From assembly GCA_965644315.1 (NCBI GenBank), contig CBFFRQ010000081.1, positions 248,001-312,000 of the forward strand: DNA of 64,000 nt, written 5' to 3'. This stretch comes from Caecitellus pseudoparvulus (taxonomy: Eukaryota; Protista; Bigyra: Bicosoecida). Made by a program: the position numbers and the translations under genes. Below, piece by piece: positions 21,073 through 33,398 of the stretch; position 1 is the stretch's first letter, and every line of letters starts with the position of its first letter. The notes beneath the pieces are model-generated. The model did not search any database. It was not told where the DNA came from and saw only the letters and a program-made list of their open reading frames with translations.

Positions 21073-24063
21073 TCACTTGCGCGGTGGGATGGGCGGCGGC
21101 GTGTCCAGCCCCACGGCGGCACAAATCACCGCCATGCGGTGGTGGTAGTCCAAGTGGCTGCCCACAATGCTGGCCACGTCCCAGCTCTCGATGCCTTCGT
21201 ACCACTGGCACTTGACGCGCCCCAGCGCCTTGGCCAGGCTCCCGCTGGCCTCCGCCTCGTCGCCCTCACCACCCATCTCCTCCCCGTCGGCTGCGGGACT
21301 CCCATGTGCTGTTGCAGCTGCGCCTGCCAGGGGGTCCACATCAGCCTCTGTGGTGTCCAGCTCCTCCCCACCAGCGTCTGCGTCGGGGCCGGTGGGCCGC
21401 TTCGTCTCCTGTGGAGTGGCACCCTCCTCCAGCAGAGCTTGCAGCGCCTCTGGCTGCTGCCGGTCCGACGGTGCTCCAGCGGCGCCATCAGGAGGCGCCT
21501 GTGCCAGCGCTGCCTCTGCAGCCGCCACCATGCTGGCGCGATCCTCCTTGGAGGGCGGTATGGCGGACATGGCCGCCTCAAAGCCCTCCTCCTCCCCACC
21601 GCCCTCCCCAGCCTGCCCACCCCCGGCGCCGGCCGCCTCCTTGTCAGCTGCTTGTGCGGAGGGCTCGTCCTGGTCCTCTGGTGTCGCGCCAGATGGGCTG
21701 CGCACGCTGGCTTCCACTGCAGGGCCCTCTTTGCCCTGAGCTGCGGCGGCGGTGAGTTCCTCCGATTCGGAAATTCCGACGGGTCCAACGCCCGCCACGT
21801 GCCACGCAAGCGAGCCAGCGCGGTAAATGAAGGCGAGAACGTAGTCCTTGGAGCTGTATGCGTTCACCACACGCCCCGTCGCGACGTTGCGCACGGCCCG
21901 CCACTTCACAGGGTCAGCAGTCACTGGCGCGCCTGCTACAATCACATCTTGAATGAGCGTCAGCAACTCATCGCCCTCAGCCTTGGCCGGGGGAGGAGGG
22001 GCCGAGTCCTTCCCGGCTTTCGCGTCTGCACTGGTGGGCACGGCGGCCTGCGGGGCAGCAGAGGCGCTGCCGCCTTCCTTGCTCTTGAGCCAGCGCTTGT
22101 GCAGGACGGTGCACGCCTTGAAAATGGTACGGGCACCGAGGGAGTACCCGACCAGGGTGACGGGGCGGTTGCCCTGCACACGGGACTGCAGCATGTCTGC
22201 CAGCACCACACCTGCCTTGTCGGCGCGGTCCACGGCCATGGTGAAGGGGGCGTCGATCCAGGACAGGCCCCACAGGACCGTGGAGGGCAGTTGCCAGGCA
22301 GCCAGGAGGGCGGACAGCACAGTGCGTTTCAAGATCTCCCCCACCACTTTGTCCACCAGCAAGTTCTGCAGCCACTTGGACAGGTTTTCAGTGAGCTTGT
22401 GCACCACTGCTGGCTCCCACGTCACGCTGTACACTTCCCCGTATGGGCACTGTTTCCGCAGCCAGCCGGACGGCACCTCGTGCTTGGTGGGCAGGCGCGT
22501 GCGCCCTTCCCACTCTGGGGCCGTCACGATGGACTGCACTTGGTCGGCAGACAGACGCCCAGCAGGTGGTGCCTGGGAGCCAGGGGTGGCCGCAGCTTCG
22601 CTCGCGGCAGTTTCTGCGTCCGTTGCGGAGTGCAAGACTCTTGCAAGGGCAGCGTTTGTGCGGCGAACGAGACGGTTCCCCACGCCTCCCCACGGGTCAT
22701 CAAAGTCCTTACTTGTCTTGTCCTTGTTAAAGCACATGCCTGAGAGGCAGATAAAGACGTGCATGCCTCCAGATTGCGCACGTGCGACGGCGGCGGCTTT
22801 GGACGTTGGCTTGCCGCCGTCCGCCCCTGCAGCCTTCTCCGCTGGAACCTCGTCGTCGGACAGCAGGTCCAGCCGGTCTGCCAGTTCAGCCGTTTCACTC
22901 TGCGCCTGTGCGGCGCCACCTGCTGCGGGTGGCGGAGTCAGGGCGGCAGAGGAGGAGTCAGCAGACTCGCCCTTGCCGCCAGCGCCGCCCACCCACGTCC
23001 ATGGCTTGTACCACGTCTTGGAGCCGGCCTTGCCCTCTGCTGCCTTGGCTTGCTCCTTCTTTGCCCGTTCCTCGGCCGCCTTGGCGTCGGCGGCCGCCTG
23101 GGCCCTGGCAGCCAAAGCTGAGCTCTGCCTGTTCAGCGCCGCCTGCAGCCGTGCCGGTGTGGGGGATAGGCGGCGGAGCGAGAACACCTTGATGCCTGAC
23201 GCCAGGTTGTTCATGCGCCAGGACGCAAGACTTGTCCCTGCCGCCCCGAACATGCTCAGCAGCAACACGCTGCCGACGGTGCCAGAGAAAAACGCGACAA
23301 CAGTGCCTGTGGTGGCTGCCGCTGCGCCGCCCATAGCAGCGCCCAGCACGCCGACGCCAGCCAGCACAGCCGGCGCTGCAATGCCAGCCGTGAGCACAAT
23401 GGCTGCACCACCCACCACTCCCACAGATGCCACCTTCAACCACCTGTACTTGTCAGCCGTTCCGCCCTTACTGTCCGATTTCGCCTCCAGTACACTCGAC
23501 GCGACCCGCAGCACCAGCGCATCCTCGCAAGCAGCTACCAGCGCCCACGGCACGTGCAGAAGCGCAGCCAGGCGCTGGAACAACACTCGAAGTGGGGCTG
23601 TGTACTTGCCTGTTGCCATGGTCTGCGCCATGAGCGCCACAAGGAACATTCGCCGAAGCTCCACCGGCACCTCCAGCGCAAAGGGACACTCCCCGCCGTG
23701 GGGCGGTGCGTTCGTGCGCAGGCCCGAGGAGTACTGTGGGGCGTCCCCCATGATGGGCACGACGCTTTCCCCGGCCGTTTCCGGCAACGCCAGGAGGTTC
23801 GTGCCGAGGTGCCCCCGCACAAAGGCAGCAGCGGCGTCGTGGCCTGGGCCGGAGGGCAGCGTGGCGACAGCCATGGCTGTGGCGCCCAGCAAGGCGCGTC
23901 GATGGCTCTCCGCCACGTCTTTCCACGCCAAAACTGCTGACGTGCTCGCATGTGCTGATAGTTCCGCGAGTACTTGCTCCTCCGTGGCGGGGGCGGGAGA
24001 CGCAGGGCACTCCTCCGCGCCAGCGCCCTGAGCGGTGTCCACTTGCTCTGAAGCTGCTGCCAT
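21073..24063 (-). CDS. TMCO4: TMCO4/DUF726-family alpha/beta-hydrolase-like membrane protein
   Basis: Motifs KYRWLKVA..GG..LTAGIAAP, IDAPFTMAVDRADKAG.VLA, RPVTLVGYSLGARTIF, VVNAYSSKDYVL, VGSHLDY. Likely start MAAASEQ. Confidence 0.88.
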   Translation of the reverse strand: MAAASEQVDTAQGAGAEECPASPAPATEEQVLAELSAHASTSAVLAWKDVAESHRRALLGATAMAVATLPSGPGHDAAAAFVRGHLGTNLLALPETAGESVVPIMGDAPQYSSGLRTNAPPHGGECPFALEVPVELRRMFLVALMAQTMATGKYTAPLRVLFQRLAALLHVPWALVAACEDALVLRVASSVLEAKSDSKGGTADKYRWLKVASVGVVGGAAIVLTAGIAAPAVLAGVGVLGAAMGGAAAATTGTVVAFFSGTVGSVLLLSMFGAAGTSLASWRMNNLASGIKVFSLRRLSPTPARLQAALNRQSSALAARAQAAADAKAAEERAKKEQAKAAEGKAGSKTWYKPWTWVGGAGGKGESADSSSAALTPPPAAGGAAQAQSETAELADRLDLLSDDEVPAEKAAGADGGKPTSKAAAVARAQSGGMHVFICLSGMCFNKDKTSKDFDDPWGGVGNRLVRRTNAALARVLHSATDAETAASEAAATPGSQAPPAGRLSADQVQSIVTAPEWEGRTRLPTKHEVPSGWLRKQCPYGEVYSVTWEPAVVHKLTENLSKWLQNLLVDKVVGEILKRTVLSALLAAWQLPSTVLWGLSWIDAPFTMAVDRADKAGVVLADMLQSRVQGNRPVTLVGYSLGARTIFKACTVLHKRWLKSKEGGSASAAPQAAVPTSADAKAGKDSAPPPPAKAEGDELLTLIQDVIVAGAPVTADPVKWRAVRNVATGRVVNAYSSKDYVLAFIYRAGSLAWHVAGVGPVGISESEELTAAAAQGKEGPAVEASVRSPSGATPEDQDEPSAQAADKEAAGAGGGQAGEGGGEEEGFEAAMSAIPPSKEDRASMVAAAEAALAQAPPDGAAGAPSDRQQPEALQALLEEGATPQETKRPTGPDADAGGEELDTTEADVDPLAGAAATAHGSPAADGEEMGGEGDEAEASGSLAKALGRVKCQWYEGIESWDVASIVGSHLDYHHRMAVICAAVGLDTPPPIPPRK

Positions 24064-24583
24064 GGCTGGGAAAGTGAGCAGGTCAAGGGGATCAGACCAG
24101 GGGCATGAAGAAAGTTGGGTGTTTGAGAAATGAAAAGGCTTGGGGGAGGGGCTCTGCACAGCGACAAGCAACGCAGGCTTGTGTCGGTCTAGGCAGCGTT
24201 TTTCATCCGTGCGAAGGCCAACACGCCACTCACCTTGCATGTCGCCAAAGACTGCCGCCGAGCGCCTTTGAAAGGAAGTACGGGGACAGATGAAGCTCCC
24301 GAGTGAATCATGCGTTAAGCGGAGGGTTTTTTTTGAAAGGGTGGTCTAATTGTTCTGGCACGAGGCTCAACGCGGGAATGGGCCCAACCACGCCGCAACA
24401 AGCTGCAGTCAGAACTCTGCCACTGCGAGCTGCAAGCGCGGAAAATAAGAGACCTTCCAGTACAAAACACATTTATGATGGAGAAAAACGGCAGGTCCCG
24501 GCTATGCCGCTCCCAGCCTCTCCCCAGGAGCTGCACAGAGACATCTGAGGCTGCCACGAAACCTTTGCCTTGCCACGACAGGC

Positions 24584-25634
24584 ATGCAGGGGCAACTCAC
24601 GCAAGCTGCGCGAGCAGCGGGGTCCATTGGCATCACAGGCCTGATAGGCAGTGGAAAGAGCCACGTGCGCAAGTTTCTGGGCGCACTCGGCGCTGTCACT
24701 CTGGACGCAGACCCCATCGCACATGAAGGTGAGGCAAGCGAAACGCAAGCGAAACTCAGTTGCCAAGCGCACCTTGCCCCCCTTGCTCTGTTCCCTTCTG
24801 CCCAGTGTACGCACCGGGGACGCAAACTATGGCGCAGTTGGAAGAGGCATTCGGCGCTGGCATCCTGGACGCGCAAGGTGGGTGGACAGCGGCGCGGTGA
24901 GTGTGTTTGAAGTTGCCAAGACGGAAGCAAACCCCACCGCAGGCGGAGTCAACCGGGAGGTGCTGGGTGACCTGGTTTTTCACCACGCACACGCGGCGGA
25001 GAACATGAAAAAGCTCACCAGCATAGTGTGGCCCGCCACCCGATCCCTCGTCGTGAGCCGGGTGCAGGACCTATGCGAAGTCGCCCGCCGCCAACCTCCA
25101 CACGCTTACCACGCCAACCTACTGCAAGGCCTGGCGTCAGGGGCAGTGCAGGAAACGCTGCGGGCAGGCGGTGCGGCGTCAGTGGCAGAGGTGGCGGCGT
25201 GGCTGCCGCCCGCTGGCCAGGCTGCGTTACAGGGCGGTGGTGAGCTCCCCGCCGAGTCAACCCCTGCCCTGCTGCTACCAGGCAGCGCTGAGACAGTGCA
25301 GGGCTCGTCAGCGATGCCTGTTGTGGTCCTCGAAGCGTCCACGCTGCTGCAGGCTGGGTGGGCTGACGCAGTGGACGTGGTGTGGGCCACGTCAGTGTCA
25401 GCAGAGTGCGCTGTGACACGTGTCATGCAACGCAACGCCCTGTCCCGCCAGCAGGCCAGTGAGCGTGTGCAGCTGCAGATTCAGCAGCTGCGGGACGCCG
25501 CTGCGGAAATTGACCTCACCATTGACTCCAGCGGCAGCATGCAGGAGACCCGTCTCGCAGTGAGCCGTGCATGGCTAGGCCGCCTCGTGGCCATGCAAAG
25601 GCGAGGAGAGCTCGCTGTTGAAGACTCAAGGTGA
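24584..25634 (+). CDS. Dephospho-CoA kinase (CoaE-like)
   Basis: P-loop IGITGLIGSGKS, LDADPIAHE, VNREVLGDLVF, KLTSIVWP, RVMQRNALS; two introns. Confidence 0.85.
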
Positions 25635-25925
25635 GGGCACTGCACTTGCAAAGGAGGGATAGAGGAGTTTGCGATGCATGTGAAGCGTTGCAACGCCGGG
25701 GACGTTGGCAGCAGAGGGCAGCGACACGTGCCGCTGCTCGTCAAATCTGAAACACCCCAAAAAAGGCCGGACGTGAGGCTGGTCGTATTGTCAGAAGTTG
25801 CAGCCGTGTGGTCTGCTGTGTCACGCTGGCAGCACTGGTGTGGTGAGCGACAGAGTGGGCAGGTGCAGGAAGTCGCACCAGTCGGGTGTTTTGTGGGCTG
25901 CTGCGTTTGGCAGGTACAGGGCAAC

Positions 25926-26366
25926 ATGGCAAATGAAGACGCTCTGAAGGATAGCATTTCGTGCATGGACTGCGTGAACGCTTTCTTCCACTGCATCAGT
26001 GCGTGCAGCGTGGCAGCGCTACGAAGAGGGAAACACGCGCTGCCACGACAGCGCACGCCTGCCCGCTCCCAGGCCCGAAGAACCAGTTCAGCGAGTTCTG
26101 GCGCCAGGGTGAATTCAACATGTGCAAGACTCCCATGAAGGAGTTCGCCTTCTGCATGAAGCTGAAGTTTGCCGACAAGGAAGAAACTCGGGTGCGTTTC
26201 GCCGTGAAACGCAAGGACTGCGCCACTGCCTGCACGTTCGCGCCCTGTAACGCATGCACAGGAGATGTTGAAGGAGTTGCTGAGAGAAGAGCCATCTCCC
26301 ACCATTGGGCACATTTGGGAGGCCCGTGAACAGCCTCCCTCTGGTGCAGTCCAGAGCACCCGGTGA
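25926..26366 (+). CDS. Small Cys-motif protein, Emi1/DUF3128-like
   Basis: Spliced over two introns: SCMDCVNAFFHCI..NQFSEFWRQGEFNMC..EFAFCMKLK..HIWEAR. Confidence 0.7.
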
Positions 26367-26528
26367 GCTTTCGGCATATCCAAGACAGCGAGTGGCAACG
26401 TGCAAATTGCTTCGTGCATGGGAGACTAGTTGCGCCTGAACGCGGTTATAGCTTCCCATTGTGTAAATGCATTTCCATTATCCTCAGCCACCCTGCTTGG
26501 TTGCTGCGAGTGGTGACGGAGGCAAGCT

Positions 26529-29140
26529 ATGGCTGCTGCGGAAATTGGCCCACATCCAGCCAGCCAGACGTTGGCATTCTCCCACGCCTTGTGGGGACTG
26601 GATCTCACGTAAGACTGCAGACGAAAGCATTTTCATCGATCATACTTTCGTTCTTGTACCTGTCGGACGCCTTCCTTGCGCAGGAATGCAGAGAAGGCTG
26701 CGACCGCAGACGGCACGGAATCCTTGTGGATTCCAGCGGCTCGAGCTCTGCTTGGAGGAGCCAGCCCGTCGTCAGCCTACATCTCCAGGCTCAAGGCAGT
26801 GATTGGTCAGCCAGCAGCTCAGAGCGTCCTGCACCCCGGCTGGAGTCGCCTGAAAGGGCTGTTTTCGTCCCCCACAAAGCAGGAGCCACGGCATGCCGTC
26901 GCTGCGGCGGTGCAGGTGCGTTGCTGGCCACCCCTGCATCGCCGACGCATGCTCAGCGTTGTGAATTTCCCTTACAGAGTGCAGAAGCTAGTCTTCTCTT
27001 GGCCCTGGTACGGTTCGCGCAGCAGCGGCACGTCTCTGCAGCGCACGAATTCGTCAGCTGCGCTGGCAAAATCAACGCAGCATGGCAGGCAGCTCAGGCA
27101 GCGTGGCCCCAAGTGGCAGACCGCCCCGCCTCTCCACCAGGTGGTAGCACGGCACTGCCTGCCTCTGCCACAACTGCTTCAGCTGCGCAGCCGGAGGGTG
27201 TGGGGACAGACGCGCGTCTGGCAGGTGCCGGGCCGTGGGCCAACAAGCTGGCGTTTCTGCGGGCAGCTTGTGTGCAGTTCTTCCCCGCCATGATCCCGGC
27301 AACCTTCCACTGGATGCTGAAAGTGTTGGGCCTTGCTCCTGATGCAGCAGCCGGCATCGCCCTCCTGCGTGCCGTGCTAGCGGCTGGTCACACGGCCTCT
27401 GCGGAAACTGGTCAGATGCAGGCAACGGCAGTTGACCCGGCGCCCTCCGCCACACCTGCGGGTGTCCTGCTGCTATGGGTGGAGGGGTTCTACAATCGTG
27501 ATGTGCACGCCGCCGCCGAACTGCTGGCTGGTTGCCTGGCCCTGCACCCAGGCGCCCTGCCAGCTGTGTACGTGGGGGGCTACGTCATGCGGCGTTTTGG
27601 CGACTTGCCTCTGGCCACGCAGCTGTTTGCTGATGTGCATGCACGCGCCACGGACACGGGTGCGAAGCCCATCCGGCAGGTCGCTGTGTTCGAGGTCGCT
27701 TGGTGCCTGTTCCGAGCCTGCCACTGGCACGCTGCTGCGCTGTTGTTTCTGCATTTTCTCAACACGTACCACGCCCCCGCCTATCGTGCGTGGGGCCTGC
27801 TCCACCTGCTGTACTGCTGTGTGTTTCTAGGTGCGGTGGACACGGCGGAAGCAATTGCCCGGCACTTGCCTTCTGAATGCCGCCCGGCCTTCTCCTTCGA
27901 CGTGTTCGCACTGGCAGCCGCCCAGCGCCTACAGCGGACAGCGGGTGTGCCAGCCGCTGTGCCGCTCGTGGCATATGTAGCATATAGCCTGAGCAAGTCA
28001 GGGTACCACGCCCACGCCACAGCACTGTTGCAGTGCATCCGCTCTCTGCTGCGTTGGGAAAGGCCAGAGACCCCTGGGCATGTTGTGGATGAGCCCGTCA
28101 GTCCAGCCGAGCAGCAAGGCACTCAAACTCCACAATGGCTGCAAGCCGTCATTCCCGCTGCAACTGCGTTGGACGCTGACTCAAGGCGTTTGACGCAGGA
28201 AGACGCTGCGTACCTGTGCTTCGTGGAGGGCCTTGTGGCGCTTGGGGCAGCGGAAAACGCGCAACACGTCCCCAGCAAAGCTGACCACCAGGGCGAAACG
28301 CCTTCCAAGTCACGTGGCAGCACTACACAAGCATCTGCAGCTGGGCAGCAATTTCGCCCACCGCGAAGCACACACTGCCTTCGCGCAGTCGTCCCAGTGC
28401 AGGCTGTGTCGGCAGCGCGGCGCGTGCTTAGCGCCGCCCTCGCAGCCACGCAGGAAGCCAGCACAAGCGAGGGGCACATTGCCATTGGCTCAAAGGGTGC
28501 CCCGCTGACCGTGCCTGTGGGCCAAGACCACCCGCTGTGCCCCAGCTCCTTGCACACGGCCGCTCTGCAGCGTTTTGAGGCTTCCCAAGAAGGGGAGCGT
28601 GAGGTGGGGGGCGAATCACTCTTACCGCCCTTCCCGCTCAGCGCACTGCTCCCCACCAGCCCCACCAGCCCATCTGCAAGCCCAGCGACTGACACTTCAG
28701 CCTTGCAGACGTATGGCTTGCGCTGCTTGCAGCAGGCAGCGGAGCTGGGCAGTCCGTGTTGCGGCCAGCTGGCGTTCCCGCCCCTGCACACCCTCCTGCC
28801 GCTCAACGCAGCAGCAGGGGCGGATGGGGCAGAGGGGGGTGCGTCTTGTGCCGAGAGCGCAGGGTTTGGCGAGGGCGCTGCCGTGGAGGTGTCTGAAGTT
28901 GACGCCGGCATGGCGCAGTGCTGGATACGGCCCCACGCGTATTACTACATGGCAGCACACCACGCGGCACATGCCAAGGATGCGGCCAGCCGGGCAGGCG
29001 CCCACCCCTCACGAGACGCCCTGCTGAAGCAGGCCGCTGCAGCGCTGTCCCGTGTGCAGGCAGTGTCTGGTGCGTTTCACTTCGACAAGCCGCTGCGGCG
29101 CAAAGTCGCAGCTCTACAAGACACAGCCGGACTTGCTTGA
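26529..29140 (+). CDS. TTC39/Iml2 (DUF3808)-like TPR protein
   Basis: Two 5' introns reconstructed. Motifs IPATFHWMLKVLGL..D..AGIALL, FEVAWC, W..PHAYY, FHFDKPL. Confidence 0.68.
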
Positions 29141-29456
29141 GGCGTGAACTTCCTTGTGTGTCCTTTTCTAATTCAAGAAATCCAGTTGGTTAATGAATAG
29201 ACTGGCAATGAGCCTTGCAGACCAAGCGTGCTTACTAGCGTATTTGTGCCAAAAGAGCAGAGCAGACTTTTTTGCTGTCAAGAAGCAGCCTTGCTCAATA
29301 TTCGCTGAAGAAGCACCCCAAGGTGCTGAATCCGTCTTCATTTACCACAAAGACCCACAATAACTGCCCACCACGCTGCACAGATCGCACTGAGCGACCG
29401 TGAAGTGGTGGCAGAGTGGGAAGGGCTGGCAATTTCCGCAGCAACCCTGCTGGCCC

Positions 29457-32400
29457 ATGGCAACGCGGGAAGAGATGGATGAGGGAAGGTTGTACTACCC
29501 CGGCGTCGGGGAATGTGTCATTTGGGTGCGGTGGGTTCCAGAGAACCGCAAGGTGCAGCGCTGGGACTCCAATTGGTATGCAGCGGATGTGCTCGCAACA
29601 GCGCCCAAAGCAGCCAGCGCAGCTCAGGAAACCCCACCTGGCCTGGAGCACGCCTTGGAGAACCTGGAGCTTGTGGGAGACATCGACACACCAGTGCACC
29701 TACTGGGATACCCCGTGGACCAGGACTTCGTCTGGTGTGACCTCATGCAGGTGCGTGCGCGTGAAGCCTTTGCTCAGCCCTCGCCTGGTGGCTCACACAC
29801 CACCCTCCCCCGTGCCCACAGCACTACTTTTACATGCAAGGCGAGGGCAGTGTCCGTTCTCCGGACGGAGTGACTGTGTACTGTTCTGGCCCACACTTTG
29901 GTGTGCTGCAGGTGGGGGATTTCGTGTGGATTGGTGACCTGCCGCAAACTGGCACCATGCCCGTTCGTGCGTTGCCGCTTTGCGCTTCAACGCGACATCA
30001 AGCACACATCATGCATGCGTTTATCTTGTTTTGTGCAGGGAAAGACAAGAGCCCCCGGGGCTGGGCGCGGCGCGTCGTGGCGTTGCTCTCGCCTTCCAGC
30101 ATTCAGCTGGAGCATGCGCTGCCCGCCTTGCCCCCCGGACACGCCCCCATGCGGTGGATGTGGCAGGCGTCGGTGCGTAGACCAGTGGCCATGGTGAGGT
30201 CTCACTTGGAACACTCATGTCTCGTCCCGTGTTCGTCTTGCACAGGGCCAGTGGCGTGACCCAGACCACTGCCAGCCTGGCGAGGCAGCAGCCAGCGCAG
30301 ACGGTGCCGACGCAGCAGCAAACACAGACGGTGGCGAGGCAGCAGCAAGTGGACAGGTTGGCGAGGCAGCAGGTGATGGCCAAGTGCTTGCAGACCAGGC
30401 TACGACACATGGGCAGGCTGTTTCTGCAGGTGGTGGCCTGCGTGGGGCGGAAGTGGGTGCGGCAGCGTTCGTGCCGCCCAGCCCTGACTCAGTGGCGGAG
30501 CTTGTGGCTGTTCCGAAGTGGAAGGCCCTTGGAGGTGATAGATGGAGGGTGGAGGTGCCATTTGGCAGCGCAGCATTCAACAAGTACTTGCTCGTGCCGT
30601 GGCTGCCTGCCAAACACACCACACAGTACCAGACAAAGCACGTGCCGCATCTGCTTCACGAGCAGCCGGGAGGGTGGTACGACACACACTTCCACCCGTC
30701 AGTGGACGCAAATTTGACGAAGTTAGCAGAGCAGGAGCAGTTCTCAGTGGAGAGGGTCCTGGGCTGGTCTGACGCGGGGTCTGGCGAGCCCCGGGTGCTA
30801 GTCAAGTGGCTAGGGTTCACGCTGGAAGCGGTGGACTTGTCGTGGCAGCCGCTGTCCATGACCACCTCCGCTTCCATCGCCGCCTGGGCCGCGCTGGTGG
30901 GCCTCCTGCAGCCGCTGGGTCGAGCTATCCACGACCTCACATCGCTGGTTCTGCCCGCGAAAACGCCGGAAGTGAGGTTGTCAGTTCACGCAGACCGCGC
31001 CGCGCCAGGCAGTACGAAGCGCAGCGAGCGGCGCACTGTGTCCCGTTGGGCAGGAGCGGCCTTGCCCGCACTCAGGCGCGTGCACAAGCAGCTGCAGGAG
31101 ACATCCCAGCGCCTGGCATCCAGGGGCGAGCCGGACCCAGATGCTCTGGCCCGGGAGGTGTGTGCGTGGGAGCCGGGTTTGACGGGTTTGCAGGAGGGTT
31201 TGCAGGAGGAAGCGGGCGTGCTGACGGGGGTGCTGGCGTCCCTGAGCCTGCGCAAACGGCTGAAGTCGACCACCCAGGCACTGCAAAAGTTCCTGCAGGC
31301 AGGGTGCGGTGTTCTGGAACACACGCTCAGCCCCTGCTTCGCGTGGAAAGCACCGGCCCGCGGCGCACAGACGCTGGACGGCCCGTTGGACCTGGACAGC
31401 CCCACAGCGGCACAAGCCCTGTGGACCGAGGGGTGCATGCGTGGGCAGGAGGTGGAACGGGTGCGTGTGTGGCTGAGCATGGCAGCGGCGCCGCCCACAG
31501 CGTCGGCGGCTGCGACCGGCATCAATTGCCGCCTGCACCAGTGGCTGGACGCGGCCCTGATGGGGGAGGAGGGTGTATCTGACCGGGTGTCGGCGGACGA
31601 CACACACGAGGCGGCGTGGTTGGCTGAGGACATCGGGCGGGAAGTGGTGTCGCTGCACTTCAACTGGTGCCAGCGCATGGGTCGCGGCATGGCTGTGGCG
31701 GCGCGTGTGCCCATTCACAGCTGCTTCCTGTCCCCCCCCGAGGTGTTCGCTGCGCCGCTGAGTATTCCCAGTGACGTGGAGCAGCTGCAACAGGCAGCCA
31801 TGGCAGCGGCACAGCAGAGCATGGTGGCTCATGAGACGTGGGCGGAGCGGTACGTGCCTGGGGCGGCGCAGGGGGGAGCTGCGGAGTTTGCGACGCAGTT
31901 GGGCAACCCAGGTGGTCGCAGCGCACTGCAGTCAGACTCATCAGCTCCCACAGCCCGCGCAGGGATACACACACTGCAGAAGAAGACAGGAGCGGCGAAT
32001 CCTTCGCCAAGAACGCCCGTTGTGCCACCTCCAGTCAAGCTGGGGGGTCACAAGCGCCTGAGGCTGATGGATGTGCTGCAAGACGCCAAATCGCCCCCTG
32101 CAGCTTCCCCAGGCGCCTCCTCCACATCACCCGGGCATCAAGGTACAGGTCGCAAGAAGTCGCCGACAGCCGGCGCCCGCGACGTGGCACATCGAGGGAA
32201 GCAGAAGAAACGCCCACGAGAGTCCACCCTCCCTCTGCCTGGGCAAGCTGCTGCAGACCCTGGTCAGCAGGTTCCCAGTGCTGCTTCAGGGACTGTGCTT
32301 GGGGCTGGGGTGGGAAGTGTGGGCCGCAGCGGCGGCGAAATACGCAGTCTCGCCAGCCGTGGCCGTGCGAGCCACCCGCCACGCCGGCTTCCCCCGTTCA

Positions 32401-33275
32401 GCAGCCACCCTGGAGGCGGGGCCGCCACCAGGCCCCCGCCTTCCACCTTTGTGCTGCCAAGTGTGCCTCTGCGGGCGAAGGCAGCCCCCCCCCTGGCTGC
32501 GCTGGAGGGGGGGGTCGTCGTCGTCGATGACGATGACGGCGACGGTGACGCGTCCCCCACTGACCCGGCCCCCGCCCCTGCTGCTCAGGGAGTCAGACCA
32601 TGGGCGGGGCCTGAGGCCGAGGCAGGCTGCGAGGAGGGTGTGGGCAAAGCAAGTGCCTGGCAATTGGAGGCAGCGGCGGACTGGGTGCCCTACGGCCAGC
32701 GCTCCAGTGCCTCCCGCGACCTGGCGTTGTCAGGCACTGTGGAGGATTTGCTGGCCACGGCACGGTGTGACCGGGAGGCTGACTCACACGTGTACATCAC
32801 TGACACATCAAGGGCAGTGCAGCAGGAGGTGCGGGGTGAGTTCTGGTCCCGGCGTGGACGGGCGGCGCTGGGGGGCATGGCTGCAACGTTGAGTGCGAAA
32901 GGGTCGTCAGCGTCGGCGGTTTCAGGGACCGTAATACGCGGTGACGCCGTGGACCTCTCCGAGACCCCGAACATGGTGACGTTGCTGGAGTTGCTGCCAG
33001 CCTGGTCAGCCCTGGACGAGCCGGCCTTGGTGGATGAGCTACAGGCCAGCGCTCGCCTGCTGCCAGTCGCGCCCGCCGACCGACGTGGCTTTTGCGACCT
33101 CCCCATGAAGGCCGAGCACGCGCCAGGCCGCTCTGCCCCGAGTGAAGTGCAGGTGGACTGGGCGCAGGATGTGGCTGCTGCTGCTGCGTTGCCACAGGCG
33201 CTGGGATTGGCGTCCCTGCAGCATGCCAAGTGGTTGGGGAAGGAGAGCAGCATGCCGCTGTCACTGCAGGTGTAG
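29457..33275 (+). CDS. Large chromodomain-containing protein
   Basis: Three introns precede the long final exon. Chromodomain EQFSVERVL..VLVKWLGF..LSWQP at about 30735-30855; basic NLS-like KQKKRPR. Start codon uncertain. Confidence 0.65.
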
Positions 33276-33398
33276 CGGCAAACCCCAAGGCTTCAATGCA
33301 CAGTGCATGCAGCACTGAACGAAACGGATGCAGAGGGCGTTCCTGGAGTGCACGCCACCACCGAGAAGTCTGCTGGTGGTTGCCAGAGGGGGCCGGCC

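Noticed and set aside
24121-24136. Oomycete-like initiator TCATTTC upstream of TMCO4, with CATTT variants before other genes
   Set aside because: Too short and inconsistently placed to support without TSS data.
29380-29456. In-frame TGA upstream of KWWQSGKGW suggesting readthrough or selenocysteine
   Set aside because: A good-context ATG at 29457 explains the gene, and conserved genes show no internal stops, so the code appears standard.
30279-30375. Three GGCGAGGCAGCAG direct repeats with spacers (CRISPR-like at a glance)
   Set aside because: Short coding GEAA repeats in a eukaryotic exon, with irregular spacing and no cas genes.
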